From: Intoshia linei
Taxonomy: Eukaryota > Animalia > Orthonectida
Reading direction: 5' to 3'
DNA length: 64,000 nucleotides
Assembly: GCA_001642005.1 (NCBI GenBank)
Contig: LWCA01000039.1
Span: forward strand, 1 to 64,000
In this document: in pieces, positions 1 through 14,800 of the stretch
Layout of the letters: the number at the start of each line of letters is the position of its first letter
Numbering within the stretch: the stretch's first letter is position 1
Position numbers and translations under genes: made by a program
Notes under the pieces: model-generated
The model's input: only the letters and a program-made list of their open reading frames with translations
Databases searched by the model: none
Told to the model about the DNA's origin: nothing

Positions 1-2333
1 TTCATAAGATTTCGTAAAATCGGATTTTTGAAAAGAATATCGGTGTAAGTCAATGTTTCCATGAGGGCTTGAAATGGTATTTTTGATTTAATTTTATTAG
101 TGGTAGGATTTTTGAAATGGTAAATTTTAAATATTATAATATAATCATATTTTCATAGTAGTAACAAACATAAATCAAATTCAGGTATGTCTCAATTTTT
201 TTCGGGAAATCCCGGGAAATTGTAAAAATCCCGGGAATTTTGTCCCGGTTTTTTTCCTGGCACAATCACTACAGCTGTATCCTGTTAACAAAGACTAAAA
301 ATTACCCAATCTGAATACGTGACGCTTTCAAGGTCAAAAAGAAATTCTAATTAAAATAACGTTTTCCAATGTTCCATATAATCGGTCCAACCACAAATTT
401 TTGTCAACACTAAGGTTTGATTTTTTTAATAATTTAAAAAATTTTAAAATTTTAAATCAGAAATTGCTTAAAAACATAATTAAAAGAACAATAATGGAGA
501 CTAAAATAATGTATAATAAAAATTAGGATATGAGGCACTTTAAAAATATTTCAATATTGATGTCTGTAAATTGACTTCACCGTATTTGCTTGCCAGATTT
601 GATACGGGTCATTTCCCAGTTTATAAATAAAAGTACTCTTTGTTAATTCTGTCTTTTGTTAATTCATAATTCAAATCATTAATTTTTGGAGAACGTATAC
701 GATATGGCAATGCCATCCATGAAAGGTTATAATTAAAATCTTCACTAGAAAGGTTTTAACTGAATTTTATTTAAAATATATTATTTTATAGAATATTTTA
801 AAATTAATCAATAATTTCAAGGTATATCAAAGGTAACTACGCCAAAATTCAAGGGAATCTATAAAATTACCAAATAGAAAGTTTTTCATGTCGACAATAA
901 TATTTTCATTGGCAATGATTTTAATTTTTACGTTCATTTGCTTATTTGGTAATTTACAATTTATAATAATGTTAATATTGTAATGTATACTAGGAAGTTT
1001 CATGCCAAATAGAGGCAATTTTATACGAAATAACCTTCTCTCCACCACACCTAGCATAATCAATTATAATAATGCTAAAAACGTTAGGCAGGAATGTTCC
1101 ATCACTGGTTTCATTGAAATGTGGTCATCTGTTTTATACATTTTAAAATGCAAAAAGCTCATTAGAGTGCAAATTTAAGCTCGATTTAATAATTTATGGT
1201 AAATTCAATTCAATTCCAACCATATACGATTATGATTTCATTAAATATGGTCGCCGGATATCAAACTTAACAAATTAAACCTTAAATGTAAATTATGAAA
1301 ATAAAATTTTTTAATCATGTCGAATACAATGAAATCATTTATTCATTTATCGGCATCCATTTGATTTTTCAAATTACTTTTGGACTGCGTTAATTTTTAA
1401 ATTTAATTTTGCAAAGTATTTTAGACTGCGTTATTTTTGTATTTTTAATAAAAAAAGAAATGATTAAACATTATGTCTACAAGTTAAACTTGAATAGTTT
1501 ATAAATTGTCATGAGTCATGACATTACTTAATAAAATAGAAAAGATTTAATGATTCATTAATTTTACATAAATTAATGGTACAATATTTGATCCCTTTGT
1601 TTTTGCAGCATTTCTAAATTTCTAATGATTTTTAAAAAAACGAAATTATTATATTACTGTGATAATAATTATTAATTAATAAACAAACTTTATAGTCTTA
1701 TTTGATCCTCGTTTTGAATAGAAATAAACTTTTTTAAATTATCAGTTTCCTTTAAGAACTCAACCTGTAGATTTTGATTAAGTCTCTGATACTTATCAAA
1801 CAATGTATGCCATGTAACAACTATGTCTTCATTATGATCCAATCTTTATAACGAAATCAAAATCGCAAACGCTAAAAATATGGTTCAACATCAATGTAAA
1901 TAATAATACATTATTAATGTTTACAATTAATAAAATTTACCTATTGCTTTCAAAGTTTGGCACTATTTCTGCCATGACAGAAATATGACTACTAGAATAG
2001 ATTTAAAATATTAATTACATTAAATTACTCATAAACGTAAACATTATTGCAGTGTATTCGGTAGTAGAAAGATAATTGTTTATATTTTACTTCAAATGAT
2101 ACAAAATTATTCTGTTATTATTTACTATTTTGTTCAGCTTATTCTGTCAAACCGATGTGTAGGTTCTTCTACCACTGACTGTAGAACACCATAAGACGCT
2201 GCAAATCTAATCACAGACATTCGATTTTGATTTCATTAGCTTTATTTCGATTTGGCATATTTTGAATGAGTTAAAAGTTAATTTACGTTATTTTAATAAT
2301 AAATACTTTATTTTAGTAATACGTACTTTATTA

Positions 2334-3037
2334 CACTAGACAACACTGAAAAATACATCTGCATAAAAATAATACCATCTTGTGGATAATCTAGCGCTGA
2401 TTTTAATGATATAATATATTTATAAGTTTTAATTCATATAACCCATTTATTAACACTTTTAATGTTAAAAAAAATATAACAAAGTTTCACTTCAATTCTA
2501 AAATTGACCAATTATATCATTCAAAATAATGTTTACTTTAAAAAAGGTGTAGTTTTTTAAGTTTGAATATTTATTTACTAATTTAAAATGCATATCTACG
2601 AAATAAACGAGACATATTATTGCTTTTCATGTGGTATATATTTGCCAAACACAAAAAAATGTTACTCTATAACTGATAAATGTAAAAATTTGATAATGCA
2701 AATATACAGTTTAATATACGAGAATCAACTTTGAAATCCCTCAAATCTATATCAAACGTGCCATTCGTCTATAATGAGATTTAAAAAGAGATTTGTGACA
2801 CCTAGAATATGGAAACATTCAGAAAGTGCAAATGACTGCTATTTCTGTATTCTGAAAAGAAGAAAACAAACAAATAAATTAAGCCTTTACTCTTATCCGG
2901 CCACCAAAACTTTACCAATTCCAATGGAAGTATATAATTTAGTTTCATCATCCCAGCCATTATCATCTCAAGAAACAGTTGTTTCAATGTATACAGAGGA
3001 ATGTCCAAATCATCCAATTATTATTACAGTTTATTAA
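2334..3037 (+). mobile_element. Chapaev3-like (CMC superfamily) DNA transposon, 5' fragment with decayed transposase N-terminus
   Basis: Starts TTA|CACTAGACAAC (CACT-type end). Frames give YYCFSCGIY (from ATG ~2588) and FVTPRIWKHSESANDCYFC...YP (ORF 2774-3037), matching the FCYICG...FxVPMxWREPxxHxDCYFC zinc-finger N-terminus of Chapaev3 transposases. Interrupted by stops. Confidence 0.6.
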
Positions 3038-4082
3038 ATTCCAAAATTCCTTAATTTTATGTATACATTTACAATGTAAATTTTATTTTGAAATACATAT
3101 TTTAAATTCAAACATTGTAGCATTGAATATACAGTAGTTTCTCGTTTATAAGTACACTCGCTATTAATTTAATTGATTTTATTATTATTCCAGGATGCTA
3201 CTGTACCACCTGTAATTTTTTTTAAATTCTAGGCCTGTTTCCATTAAAAAAAAAGGTAATTTGCGTTTTGGCCCTAAAGATATATTTTTTTAAATTTAAA
3301 TTTATAATATTGATGATTTTAAAATCCGTATCAGAGTATATATTTTATTAAATTCTTGAACTCGTTTGATTATCAAAAAAAGGACAATTGGGCTTTTTTG
3401 AATCGTAAAATGTGAGTTTGGGAGATTAAAATTTATTTTGCTAACACCCCCGGAAAAATCTGTAATTGAAATATGCACTTTATAAAATTCTAAGACAAGT
3501 AGTTATTTAAATAAAGTGGAACACACACAAACCAAAATCGCGTAGCATATTATATAAGTAAGGATAAACTCTGGGATATTTTTTACAATCATAAGCATTA
3601 CAGTATAATAATAATATCATAAGCATATAATAAATATCAACCTCAAAAAAGTACATTTTCATAATCAAAACCCTAGATAGTGAAGATAACGTGCCGATTT
3701 AAACAGAAACATCGTATAAAAAACTTGACAATTAATGCGTGTAGTGTCCAGATTTTACTTTTTTCAACATAATGGATAGCTTTGATAGCAAAAAAAAATT
3801 TGTAAGAGAATTTGTGATTTAAATAATTGATCCTTGCATTCTACAGCACCTTTTATCATTTAAAAATAATTTTATTGTTTATAATTATTTACATGTCGAT
3901 AAATATTTTCCACTAAAAATAATCTAGGAAAATATTTAAAATTTGCATTAATGATTGACGATTAAAATCAATTAAAGAAAGTATTATAATTTATTAAAAT
4001 TTTTTAATGTTTAAAAGAAATGCACTCAAAAATAAAATTGTCCAACAAACTGGAATATAAAAGTAAATACTAGCCCAATATT

Positions 4083-4702
4083 TTAATACCATTTCAAAAT
4101 CATTAGTGTACATTGTGAATCCGAAAAATCTATGGTCAATTGGGTTAAAATCCACATGATCAAATTAAAAAATTGATTAATTGAAACATTGACATTTTTC
4201 TTTTTCGTATATTTTTCATACACACCTACAACATAATCTTGAAGAATGACACACACATAAAATACAATTCCGTTCATAATATAATTTGTTTTGGAACCGT
4301 GCCAAATAACATTAAACAATAACATAATACCTATGCAACACTTTTTTTATCTTATTTAAATCAAAAGGTACATATATAGATCTGTACATGAATAGTTGTG
4401 TGTTAAGGTTCCAAATTCGCATACATTTTTGAAGGCGATTGGTACATTTAAATGATTTGATGCTGCCTCTATTGTTTAAAATAATTTGATAATATATAAA
4501 TTAACAAAAAATTTATAATAAGACCACTGAAATAGAGAAAAATATTATCGTACCAAATCAATGACATTGTTAGTATATAACGTGCCGAGAACCATTGTCG
4601 TTTGTTTTCTTTTTTGTGAATTACATAACAAAATAAACAGTAAACCACCAGTGAAAAAACGTAGAGTAATTTTCTTTGTCTATCATCAACAGTTTGTTGC
4701 AT
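4083..4702 (-). pseudogene. MBOAT-family (lysophospholipid acyltransferase-like) pseudogene, internally deleted and frameshifted
   Basis: Hydrophobic N-terminal ORF 4469-4702, then RIWNLNTQLFMYRSIYVPF in another frame (MBOAT WN motif), then MLLFNVIWHGSKTNYIMNG after a further frameshift (catalytic WHG motif). Only ~620 bp. Confidence 0.7.
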
Positions 4703-4804
4703 TATAATTTCTATTATTAAATCAATATTAAATTTATATAAAATGCATATGATGGTTTATTTTGGTTTAAACTTTAAACTTATAAAATATTAATTTTTCA
4801 CAAG

Positions 4805-5100
4805 GACGATAATATAGACTTTTTATTGATGTGATAAAATATGTAGTAAACAATTAATAATATACTGTAAACAATACCTGAAGAACATGTTCCATTTTGG
4901 GAACATTGACGGTTTAAAGGTTAATATTAATAGTTCATCATCTCGCAAAAATAGAGTACTCCATGTTTTTTGACCATCATTGGTTTCACCCAAATGTAAT
5001 GATTCATTAAAAATTGTCATTATTATTAATTTTTTGGGGGTCCACAGGTTTATTGTAATATCTTTTTATGGGTCTACAGCTAAAAAGGGTTGAGAATGCC
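4805..5100 (-). mobile_element. Partial copy of the hAT MITE at 40051-40472
   Basis: Near-identical reverse complement of ~40051-40345, ending GGGTTGAGAATGCCT. Confidence 0.8.
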
Positions 5101-5429
5101 TTATGTAGATAACTTATTTTAAAAATATTATGTTACCAAGGAATCATTCCAGCACACCTAATGATAAAAGTCACGCTATGCCACTGATTACTTTTAGTAA
5201 TTCGTTGTTGTAGTTTTAATTTAAATTTTAAGCAAAATGTTTTGAAAATGAGAATTTGAAATTGAAAAATTGTGAAACAATGAATTGTAAAGATTTTCAA
5301 CCATTTATTCTATATTAGAAATGTGTAGACGTTTAAAGCACATTTTTTTTGAAATTGTAAGATCAATATTTACATTTGCAATTATTATTTTAATAATGCT
5401 ATTTTTATAATGTTTATGATTTTAAAACT

Positions 5430-6046
5430 TATTCCACAATTGATGTTGTATAAAATTCTAGGACTTTTTTCATTATTACAAAAAAAAGTAATTTGTGGTT
5501 TTGATATCAAGATATAATATTTTGAAATTGAAATTTATTATAATGTTAATGATATTAAAATTTTTATCAGATTGTGAATTTTTTATAATTATAGGATTTT
5601 GCATTTAAAAAGAAAGATAATTGGGGTTTTTAACATTGAAGAACTAATTTCTGAAAATCAAATTTGCGATAAAACATCACTACCAAAAAACTCTATTATA
5701 AATGGGTATTCTTAAAGCTCTATGCTTATTAGTTTCTTAAATAAGTAATTTTTGGTAACAGATAAAAAAATAAATACACATAAATATATAGACATACATT
5801 TTATTTATACATACACAATGTGTTAACACATTTATAAATTCTTTACTTACGTAAAATTTAATGTATGTGTTTGCCATTTTTTTAAAAAATTGACCTAGAA
5901 TTTTAGCAAACATTACAGCTGATACAGTTATATCCAGTGAACATACACATAAAATTTCTATCTGACAAAGTGACGCCTTCACGGTCAAAAAAGCCCTCGG
6001 CAGAGCTAGGATTCTGTTTGTACGAAATACATAACAGTCAAGCTAG
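5430..6046 (+). mobile_element. Non-autonomous Helitron-like element (3' end defined, 5' end approximate)
   Basis: Ends CTCGGCAGAGCTAGG, hairpin CTGTTTGTA..TACATAACAG, then CTAG|T. The same terminus recurs at ~20398, 33606-33655 and 48316-48365. Confidence 0.6.
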
Positions 6047-8531
6047 TTACTTTATATAAGTAAAGATTTTAACTTATATTTTAACTTAATTGTTTTTTGG
6101 ATGGTAAAATTAAAAAGTCTGATGCAAATGTAATGCAATTGTATATATTAATATGTCTCCATTCCCTGAAAAATCCCTCCACAAAGCTACAGATTTTTAT
6201 TATAAACTGCTAATTTTTGTAGAAAGTACATAACAAATAAGCTACTAAAATATGAAATAAACTGATAATTTTGACAAATTTTATAATTAAAAAATTGTTA
6301 AAGGTGGATAATGTAGATTCTCCGTTAATACCGATTATATTCTGAACATGTAATAAACACAATAAAATAATTAGTGCAGCACTTATATCTAAAAAAATTT
6401 ATAAATCCAAAAAATAATATACTTATTCTTGCTAAAGCCAACTTTCCCGTGTCATATACAATTCTTATTAATCTCAAATCAATGCACAATATAAAATGCA
6501 AAATTATTTTAAAAGCTTTGTTTTTTGATGGAAAACAAACATTTTTATTAAATGGTATAATTATTGATAAACAATTTTCATTATAGCGTACCAAAATTAG
6601 CAATGAAGTAATTATATAAGCACTTTAAAAATCAATAAACAACATGATAAATTTAAAAAATAGGAAAAATGTCAATATGATTAATTTTCAGATAAAGAAG
6701 ATACATTTGGATCGGATTTAAGGAATGGAATTATCTTAATTGAGTTCAAGTACATTAAACGAAAAAAAATGGTTGCATTTGTATGGAAGTTTGAAACATT
6801 TTATTATGTTATATAATATTTTGATTGATTAATAGTATCATGATTTATTGGTAAATTAGGAATACATGGTAAAGTGATGTAACATCTTTAAATTTTGTAT
6901 CAAATAAAAAAATATATATAAAATATGTAAATTTCAAATATTAATTCCACAATCTATAATAAAATCAAAATTATAAATCATTATACTTATTAATCAATTG
7001 AAGACTCTTGGTACACTTTACCATATAATATTAAAATGTAATAATTACTAAATTTACTACACTCAAATACTTCAAAATCCAAGTGTTTCACATTAATGGG
7101 TCCATTAAATGTATCGTTCAGCATTATATTCGTGCAACTTTAATTTAACTTGCCTAAATGACACTATTAATCATTTAAATGTGGTTTTAATTCTGATGGG
7201 ACCACACCTTAGCCTATTTTATATTTGAATTAAAATACACTAAAATATACATTCAGTTTAATTGTAAAATGGTTTCGTGTTGCTTTAAATCACATTACAA
7301 CCATCTCCGTATCTAGTTGAACTGTTATAAGTCAATAGATATTTCACTTAAAATATAAATTATAGACAATTTCATGTTTCCTATATACTAATTTATGTTA
7401 CATATTGAACAAATAGTATACCTTATCTTTCATTTTAAATATATCTTTTAAGAATATAATATAATCAATACATGTTACTTATTTAACAAATTTATCAATA
7501 TTAAATTTAATTAATTATTTCAAATACTCTACAACTTAATGTTTATATATTCTTATTTCATTTTTGTCTATTTTTTCATTATTTTGAAATTGAATAATAT
7601 TTAAAAACAAAAGTGTTTAGCTACATTTCATTTTGGTATATTAATATTCTTTAAATTATATATTATTTTATTTTCGAAGTCTACATGGGTAGTACACATT
7701 TTGTACGACGTACATTACAATGTACGTGTTGTTTTTACCGTTCATTTGAAATTTTGTGTAAATGACATTTTTACTTTAAGGACTACTTTAGGGAGTTAAG
7801 GCAAACCAGCCGTTAAAACCGCTTATTTAAATCATGATTGTTTTTAAGATGTTATTAAATTGTTCTGTAGTACTACGGCATATAGTATGTTGCAAAAATA
7901 TAATCCAATTCAATTTTGAGAATTCCTTTAAATAAAGCTAAAATTATTTTTTTACATGTACATTACAAAATATTAGGTTGTTTTATATTATGATATAATA
8001 CGTTAAAATAATGAATAATTTTCATATTTTTTTAAATTATATTAATCATGTATTCGTTGAAAGAATAATTTACCATATTAAAAATTTTTGGGCTAGTTCT
8101 TAGAGAAGAAAGTTCAATTTTGTTGATCAATGATCATATTGGACACAATTTACTTTGCGAGGTCCATAGCGTATAATTTTCCAAGATTAAGAAAAATATG
8201 GTTTATATGATTCCAACCTTAAAACAATGAAAAGATAATACATAAATTTTATGAAACAAATTATAACCTAGAAAACCTTTACAACTTTTATGTATACATT
8301 TTTAGTAAATTATAAAAGTTAAGCATGCCATCCGCGGGCTGCATGCGGCCCTCCGCGACTTCGTATATATATACATAAGTATATGTTACTTATAGAATAA
8401 TATTTTTTACACAATTATGTAAGTAATATGTGAAGAAAACACATAAATAGAAAATAAAATTTGAATTCAGGATTTAGTAGTTTTTAATAAATAGATTTAT
8501 ATCTTGACCTATAAAATATGTACGGTACAGC

Positions 8532-9117
8532 CAGAGCCGTTTTAAGGCATGGGAAATATGGACTGTAGCCCAGGACCACTCATTAAAAAAGGCCCCCAAA
8601 TTAATAAAAGTACTTTACATTTACATCTTAAAAAGAGGCACCAATTTATAAAAAAATTTTTCACAACTATATCTTAAGAAACAGTTTATAAGTTTTGAAG
8701 TGTGGGAATTCATATAACTAGAAAGAAAATAGTTTAAATAATCATAATTCTGGTAATTATTCAATTTAAAATATATTCTACAATGTTCATCATATAATAT
8801 TGACATAAAAACTGTTCTGTTAAGTCAATATTCAAAAAAGAAAGTAGGAAATCTTTAATTTTCTCTTATTAATTTTTAACTAATTAAGTAAGTTTTTGTA
8901 AAAGAAATAAAACTTACTAGAAACCTACATAATATCTTTTAATTCTTTTATTAATACTCAAGGAAATAAGAATATAAGTCTTCAACCAACAGTATGCCCT
9001 ATCTTCTAAAAAGAGGCCCTAAATTTTTTTATCTCTTCGCTCATAAAACTTTGAAACTTTAAAGGTCCCCGGCCCTTTGCTTAGACCATAGCCACCAAGT
9101 GGCTTAAGACAGCTCTG
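8532..9117. mobile_element. hAT-type MITE
   Basis: TIRs CAGAGCCGTTTTAAG / CTTAAGACAGCTCTG (13/15). Degenerate 8-bp TSD GGTACAGC / AGTACATC. Confidence 0.7.
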
Positions 9118-11896
9118 AGTACATCACGATTAAGGGTATATTTCCTAACGTAGATTTGACGAACCTAGTCATCCCAAGTGATTTCAAGCGACTGAGAGAA
9201 TTAGAGTCGACTCAACTATATGTGTATTAAAAATATAAAAATTAAATATATACTGTGGAACGGTTTCTCAAATGTTTATTAGAAAACATTTCAAATTTGG
9301 GGTCACATAAAATTATACGAATCCCCAAAAATTTGATTAAAAGTTTTATTTGCCTATATTTAACTTAGAAATATTCAATTTGATTTATTTATTTAATATT
9401 CAATTTAATTGTGTAATAACTTTGAAAGGTGTAAAGAAGGGTCCCTGGATCCTTTGGATTCCAAAATGATATTTTTGAACAGAACTATGGAGAGCCAGCA
9501 GTAGGCCCGAATCAGATGAAAATTTTAGGCGCCATAAAAAAATTTTTAAAAATGGGATCTCTATGCATTGCTTAATCGATCGTTCATTATTTATAAATAT
9601 AAATAACCGTTGGAAATCGCATTGGTTATCGAAATTTTGTATATTTAAGAAATTTTCCAACATTAACTATTAATAAATTTAAAAAGTAGGCTATCAAGTT
9701 TGTAGACCTGGTTCAAATGGCCCATAGCCTCCCACAGACATGCCTGGGTCCGTGAGATTTAAATAAAATATGAAAAAAATTTATCAACTTATTTAGTTCA
9801 TTTTTAATTTCTACAGGAAAATTTTAAGTATTTAATACAGATTTGCAAGATATTGGGAATTTATCCCCAATACTAGAAGAAAGGTACCTTATTATTTGAA
9901 AAATCCGATTTTACTAAATCTTATGAGCAACAACATTAAAAAATATTTTTTCATAAATGTTAATTATTCAAGTTTCCTTTGGGTCCAAAAAAATAAATAT
10001 TTTGAAATGGAGATACATACACTATTTGAATCGGGAATCACAAATTTTAATGTTAATAAGTTAATGATCAATCATAATTAATAATAAGTTCATGTTCATA
10101 TAGAACAGAATTAATTGTATTTTATTATAGCTAATATAGAATTGAAAACTTTTAATTTTGAACGTGGTCCATCTGAACAAACATATAACGTAACATAATA
10201 AATAATAAAAATAAATAATTCATTAACTATGAACAAATCCTTAAAAAGAGAACGTAGAAATTTAAATGTAAATGAAAAACAGAAAAGATTGAAAGTGAAG
10301 ATTTGTTTTAAATCTTCCCAGACTGTTCAAATTATCCAAAACTGGCTGTATGAGTTATGCCATAGATGACATTTCATTAATTATGTTATGTATGAATTTT
10401 TTTGTTGTAATGGAAAATCTTTATTCCCAGTTTGGGATCGAATGAAATAAACAGTGACACAGTAATAAATATTAAATATCGTCTTCTTCCATATCTCATA
10501 CTCAGTTGAATCAAAATAAAAATTTGGTTAATTTATAATTATTGAATAAATTTTTAAATAAATACTATACGACTTAGTGGAAATTTTTCAAAAAATCGGT
10601 AGAACAAATCAGTTTGGAAACCCTGATCTACACTGTAGATTCTACACATTTCCAATGAAGATATATGATGGAAATCTCATAAATTGATCCGTTGGTTTTT
10701 TTCATTGCTACGTAATTTTTTATTTCCAAAAAGTCACTTTTGTAAAAAATCACTTTGTATTAAATATTAGTCTAAAATTACAATAAAAGAGTATTACAAA
10801 GTTAAACTTTGTAATTATCATTTTTATATTTATTACAATGTTGGTAAAATTCACCCGAAATATGTTTTTAAATTATTGATTCCGTTAATTATTGATACAA
10901 AATGGATAATTTTTACTCATCGAATGCAGATACTGAATATATATCATTACATTCAAAAGACATTACCGATATTTCCAATTTTATTTTTTTTGGAATTTAA
11001 GCTATTTATGAAATATTGAGGATTTGCTGTTTTTATTTTATTTTTATTAAGATTATACACTCATTCTCTCTAATAGAATCAAAAAATTAATTGAGTTAAA
11101 GATAAATTTTGTAGTTCGTCGGTTGAGTAATACTGATATTTCAATAATTTTTGATTACATAAAGAGACCAAGTAGAAAATCCTTTTGGTTCACCGATATT
11201 GACTTTTTATTTTACCTAAATTAAAAATTAAATTAAATTAGAATTTACTGCATAGTAGTTGAAAAAAAACATAAAAAAATATATACGAGTAGGTTAAAAT
11301 GATAAAAAAAAAAAACTAGTTAGACATATAGTATTAAAAATCGATTTTTATGCAATGAATTATAATTTATATTTATTTTTCATGTAAATCTGAATTGGTC
11401 ATTATAGTCGAATGTATTTAAAATCAATTACAGCCCAATAAAATTGTTTTAATCGAATCATACAAGTTAATTTATATTCTGATAGTATATCGGGACACTT
11501 TATCGCACCCAAGTTGATAAATAATGTTGGCTATTGAATTAATTTTACATAGCATATCAATATTATTCAATTCACTCTTACTTCAAATTTCCAACATAGT
11601 CAATTTATAAAATTTGATTTTCAATATAAGTTATAATTGATTTTTTATATACACAACAAAATGTACACATGTAAAAAATTTTTATCAATAAATTTGACAG
11701 TATAATTGTATCAAAGCTTTAAATTATCAATTTAAAATGCTACCCATTATATTTTTATACAATTAATTAAAACTTTTAGCACAATCATTAAAAGCGGAAG
11801 CATTTAAATTTATAATTATTGTCAGTGTAATAAATCATTTGCAAAGTGGTAAATAAAGCAGTATTAAACTCAAATCCAATAAATTTTCAATTTAAC

Positions 11897-14800
11897 ATGA
11901 TTGAGGAAGCTAAAGGATATTATAAATTTTTGAAATCTATTCAAAATTTAACGTTTTTATCCGTCTGTGATAGCCCGCAAGTTGATGCCATTTTAGAAAG
12001 AATATCACACAGGTATTTTGATAAGTGGTTGCCCTTATTATTTAAATTTCACGAAAATGAAGACGATAATAACAACGATTTGAATGGTAAGCATTTGATT
12101 GCGCCACTAGACGTTAAATGGGCTTGGCATTCTCATTTGATGCACCCAAAGATCTATAGAAAAGACGTTTTAAATCATTACAAGAACAATTTTAACAATA
12201 TACCGTATCAAAGTGTTTTGTGTGAGTATACGCCCCGGTTTCTCCGTAAAAAATCTATGTTTAATGTTAACGATGTTATTGAATTCTCCAAGAACGTCTG
12301 GGAAAGCGAATATCCAAATGAGGAACCTTATGAAATTGATTTGGAAATTTATCAATATCTTTTTGTAAAATCTCAATTGCCAAAAATTATCAATTTAAAT
12401 TCGAGTATTTTTTTTATTTATTTATTTTTTATCTGATAAATTTTACAATTACATATTTACAAGATCTGGGTGGCTGAATCTTTTAGTATGAAGGGTCACA
12501 TGTCAAATAAAGCTTTTTAATTTACCCATGGAGTCGATGAGTTAGATTTAACTATGATAATTTGTACTTATGAATAGTTTCTATCGGGTTTAAAATATTT
12601 CACATTATAAAATCGCAGATATAATTACAAAGATTCTACTTACAGTAGTTCCTTTCTATATGTAACACTATCAGTTACAATTTGTAACTTACAAGTAAAA
12701 TTTATCAATATTTCATAGATTCAGGGTTGAGAGTTGGTCAAATTTTTCAAATTAGTTTTGTTAATGTTTATTGGCCATTTTTGTATGTATGAATTATGAT
12801 TTTTCATTTTAAGGCTGGTAAGACTGAATTTTTCCCTTAAGGGTTGGTAAAACTGCATTTTTCCTTAAAGAATTGGTAAATTGGGTTTTTCACTTAAGGG
12901 TCTGTGAAAATTAATTTTTTTCTTAAAAGTGGGTATAATTGAAATTTTCACTTAATGGTTGGTAAGACTGAATTTTTTCCCTTTTTCTTTTTCTAAATTT
13001 AACTACTCTTTTGATATTATTTACACTTCATTAAACTCTATGGTCCAAGATTAACTACATTTGTATGTCAATTTTCACGATTTCATGTATATTTTGTATG
13101 GTAATAATATCAGCATTGCCTTCCATTTTTCTGATATTCATCGACCGGAAATTTTAGTTTAATCCAACGGAAAATGTAAACGAAACAAAAATAAATTTTC
13201 TAGCTCATTATACAGATTAAATGTAATACAAATTGCAACAATTCAGATTTCTCGTTTAGAGTTAAATTTAATTCAATGATTAAATCTTTTTAACTTAGTT
13301 TTATTAAAAATTGATTTTTACGAAATATATTTAATTGTTGACTTGTATTTGTACTTTTACATCTACTATGAGAAAAAATTATTGAATTTTTGGAATAACA
13401 GTCATATCGGACAATATCTACATTTTATTGACCAAAATTTTGAATTAATTTAATTTTAAGGTAGACCCTCAATTTTAGAATAGTTTTTTCAAACAAATAA
13501 GACCAAAATAAAATAAGATTCAATATAATCCTGGTTAGTTTGATTTTCTATATTAATCAAAAATGTTAAAAGAAAAATAATTTTAATATACAGTCAGGGC
13601 CGTGGAAAAGGCTAGGGCCATATGACCCGTTCCTACTTCATGAGGGCCTACCTTTTTTAATTATTAATACATAAAACTGCTGGCTCTTAACTCCCATTTG
13701 TACAGATATACATTTAAAGTAATTACTTAAACTGAATAATAATAATTATTATTATACACTAAAAAATTTGTACATGTAAGGTATAAATAATTATATGAAA
13801 TATTTGGAACACCTTAATCATTAAATTTAGTTGAAACCAGCATAATCATTAAAAATGACGACGAAGAAAAACATTTATGCTTAATAAAGGAAATTTCTGA
13901 AAAAAATAAAAATAACTCGGTAGCGTCTGACGAAATAAACACTAGTGAAGTTTCTAGAGAAGATCAGTTTAGTATTAAAAAAATATCTAGTACCTCTGAG
14001 GTATGCATAAATCCATCAATTGATCTTGTTACAGCAATGAAATGCTTCTGGCATGAATCTTACAAATACAGCTTGAATCACTTTTCAGATTTAAAATTTT
14101 TACGACTTGCCATTAGTCGGTACAAAAAATATATTGCCCTAAAATGTAAATATAAAAATTTAAATTATATTACACCTACTGAAGATATGAGGTAAATAAT
14201 TATATCAATTATGACTCTATAATTATATGGACAATCTACTTTTTTATATCCAATAATTTCGATGAAAATCATACAATTTACAATGATGCAATATGGTTGA
14301 AAATTATAACTTATTTTTATACAATTTCCCTAATATACTTAAAAATACTTATTAAATTTTTTTGGACCCCCTAATATACATTAGGCTGTCAATATTTTTG
14401 TGCTTTTTGGTTTTTTCTAAGGTGTGTAGTTTTAAATAGAATTAAAATGTTTTTTCAGCTTACTGCAATAAAAATTTTTTAAACAATTGCATGAACGAAG
14501 TCAAAACAAACCATTTTATACCCTGTAGTGATATATTGCTATCATACTAATCGAGATTCGAATATATACTTTTGATATAATTCACTTGTGATGTCTATCT
14601 GGCAGAGTGGTTATAATCATATAATTGTATTCTGCTTGATTAGGTTCGAATTGAGATTTAGACATCTTTTTATTTAAAATGAACTTATCAGAGTTATTAT
14701 CTGCCAATCGTTACATACCCTACCACAAAAAAAGTATTACAACTTGATTAACCTAAAGTCAATTTTTATATTATGTATTTTACACGAGTTATTCGTTTAT

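Noticed and set aside
541-2250. Exon-like minus-strand fragments, including ORF 827-1063
   Set aside because: Splice-like sites are present, but every join meets stops and no family motif was recognised; at most an unidentified pseudogene.
7080-7330. Possible Gypsy integrase zinc-binding remnant (VVPSELKPHL..HLG) on the minus strand
   Set aside because: Too short and interrupted to support a call.
5737-10081. Numerous 60-90 aa ORFs in the ORF track
   Set aside because: Low-complexity I/K/N/F-rich chance frames in AT-rich repeats with no motifs; the same applies to the antisense ORFs overlapping real exons elsewhere.
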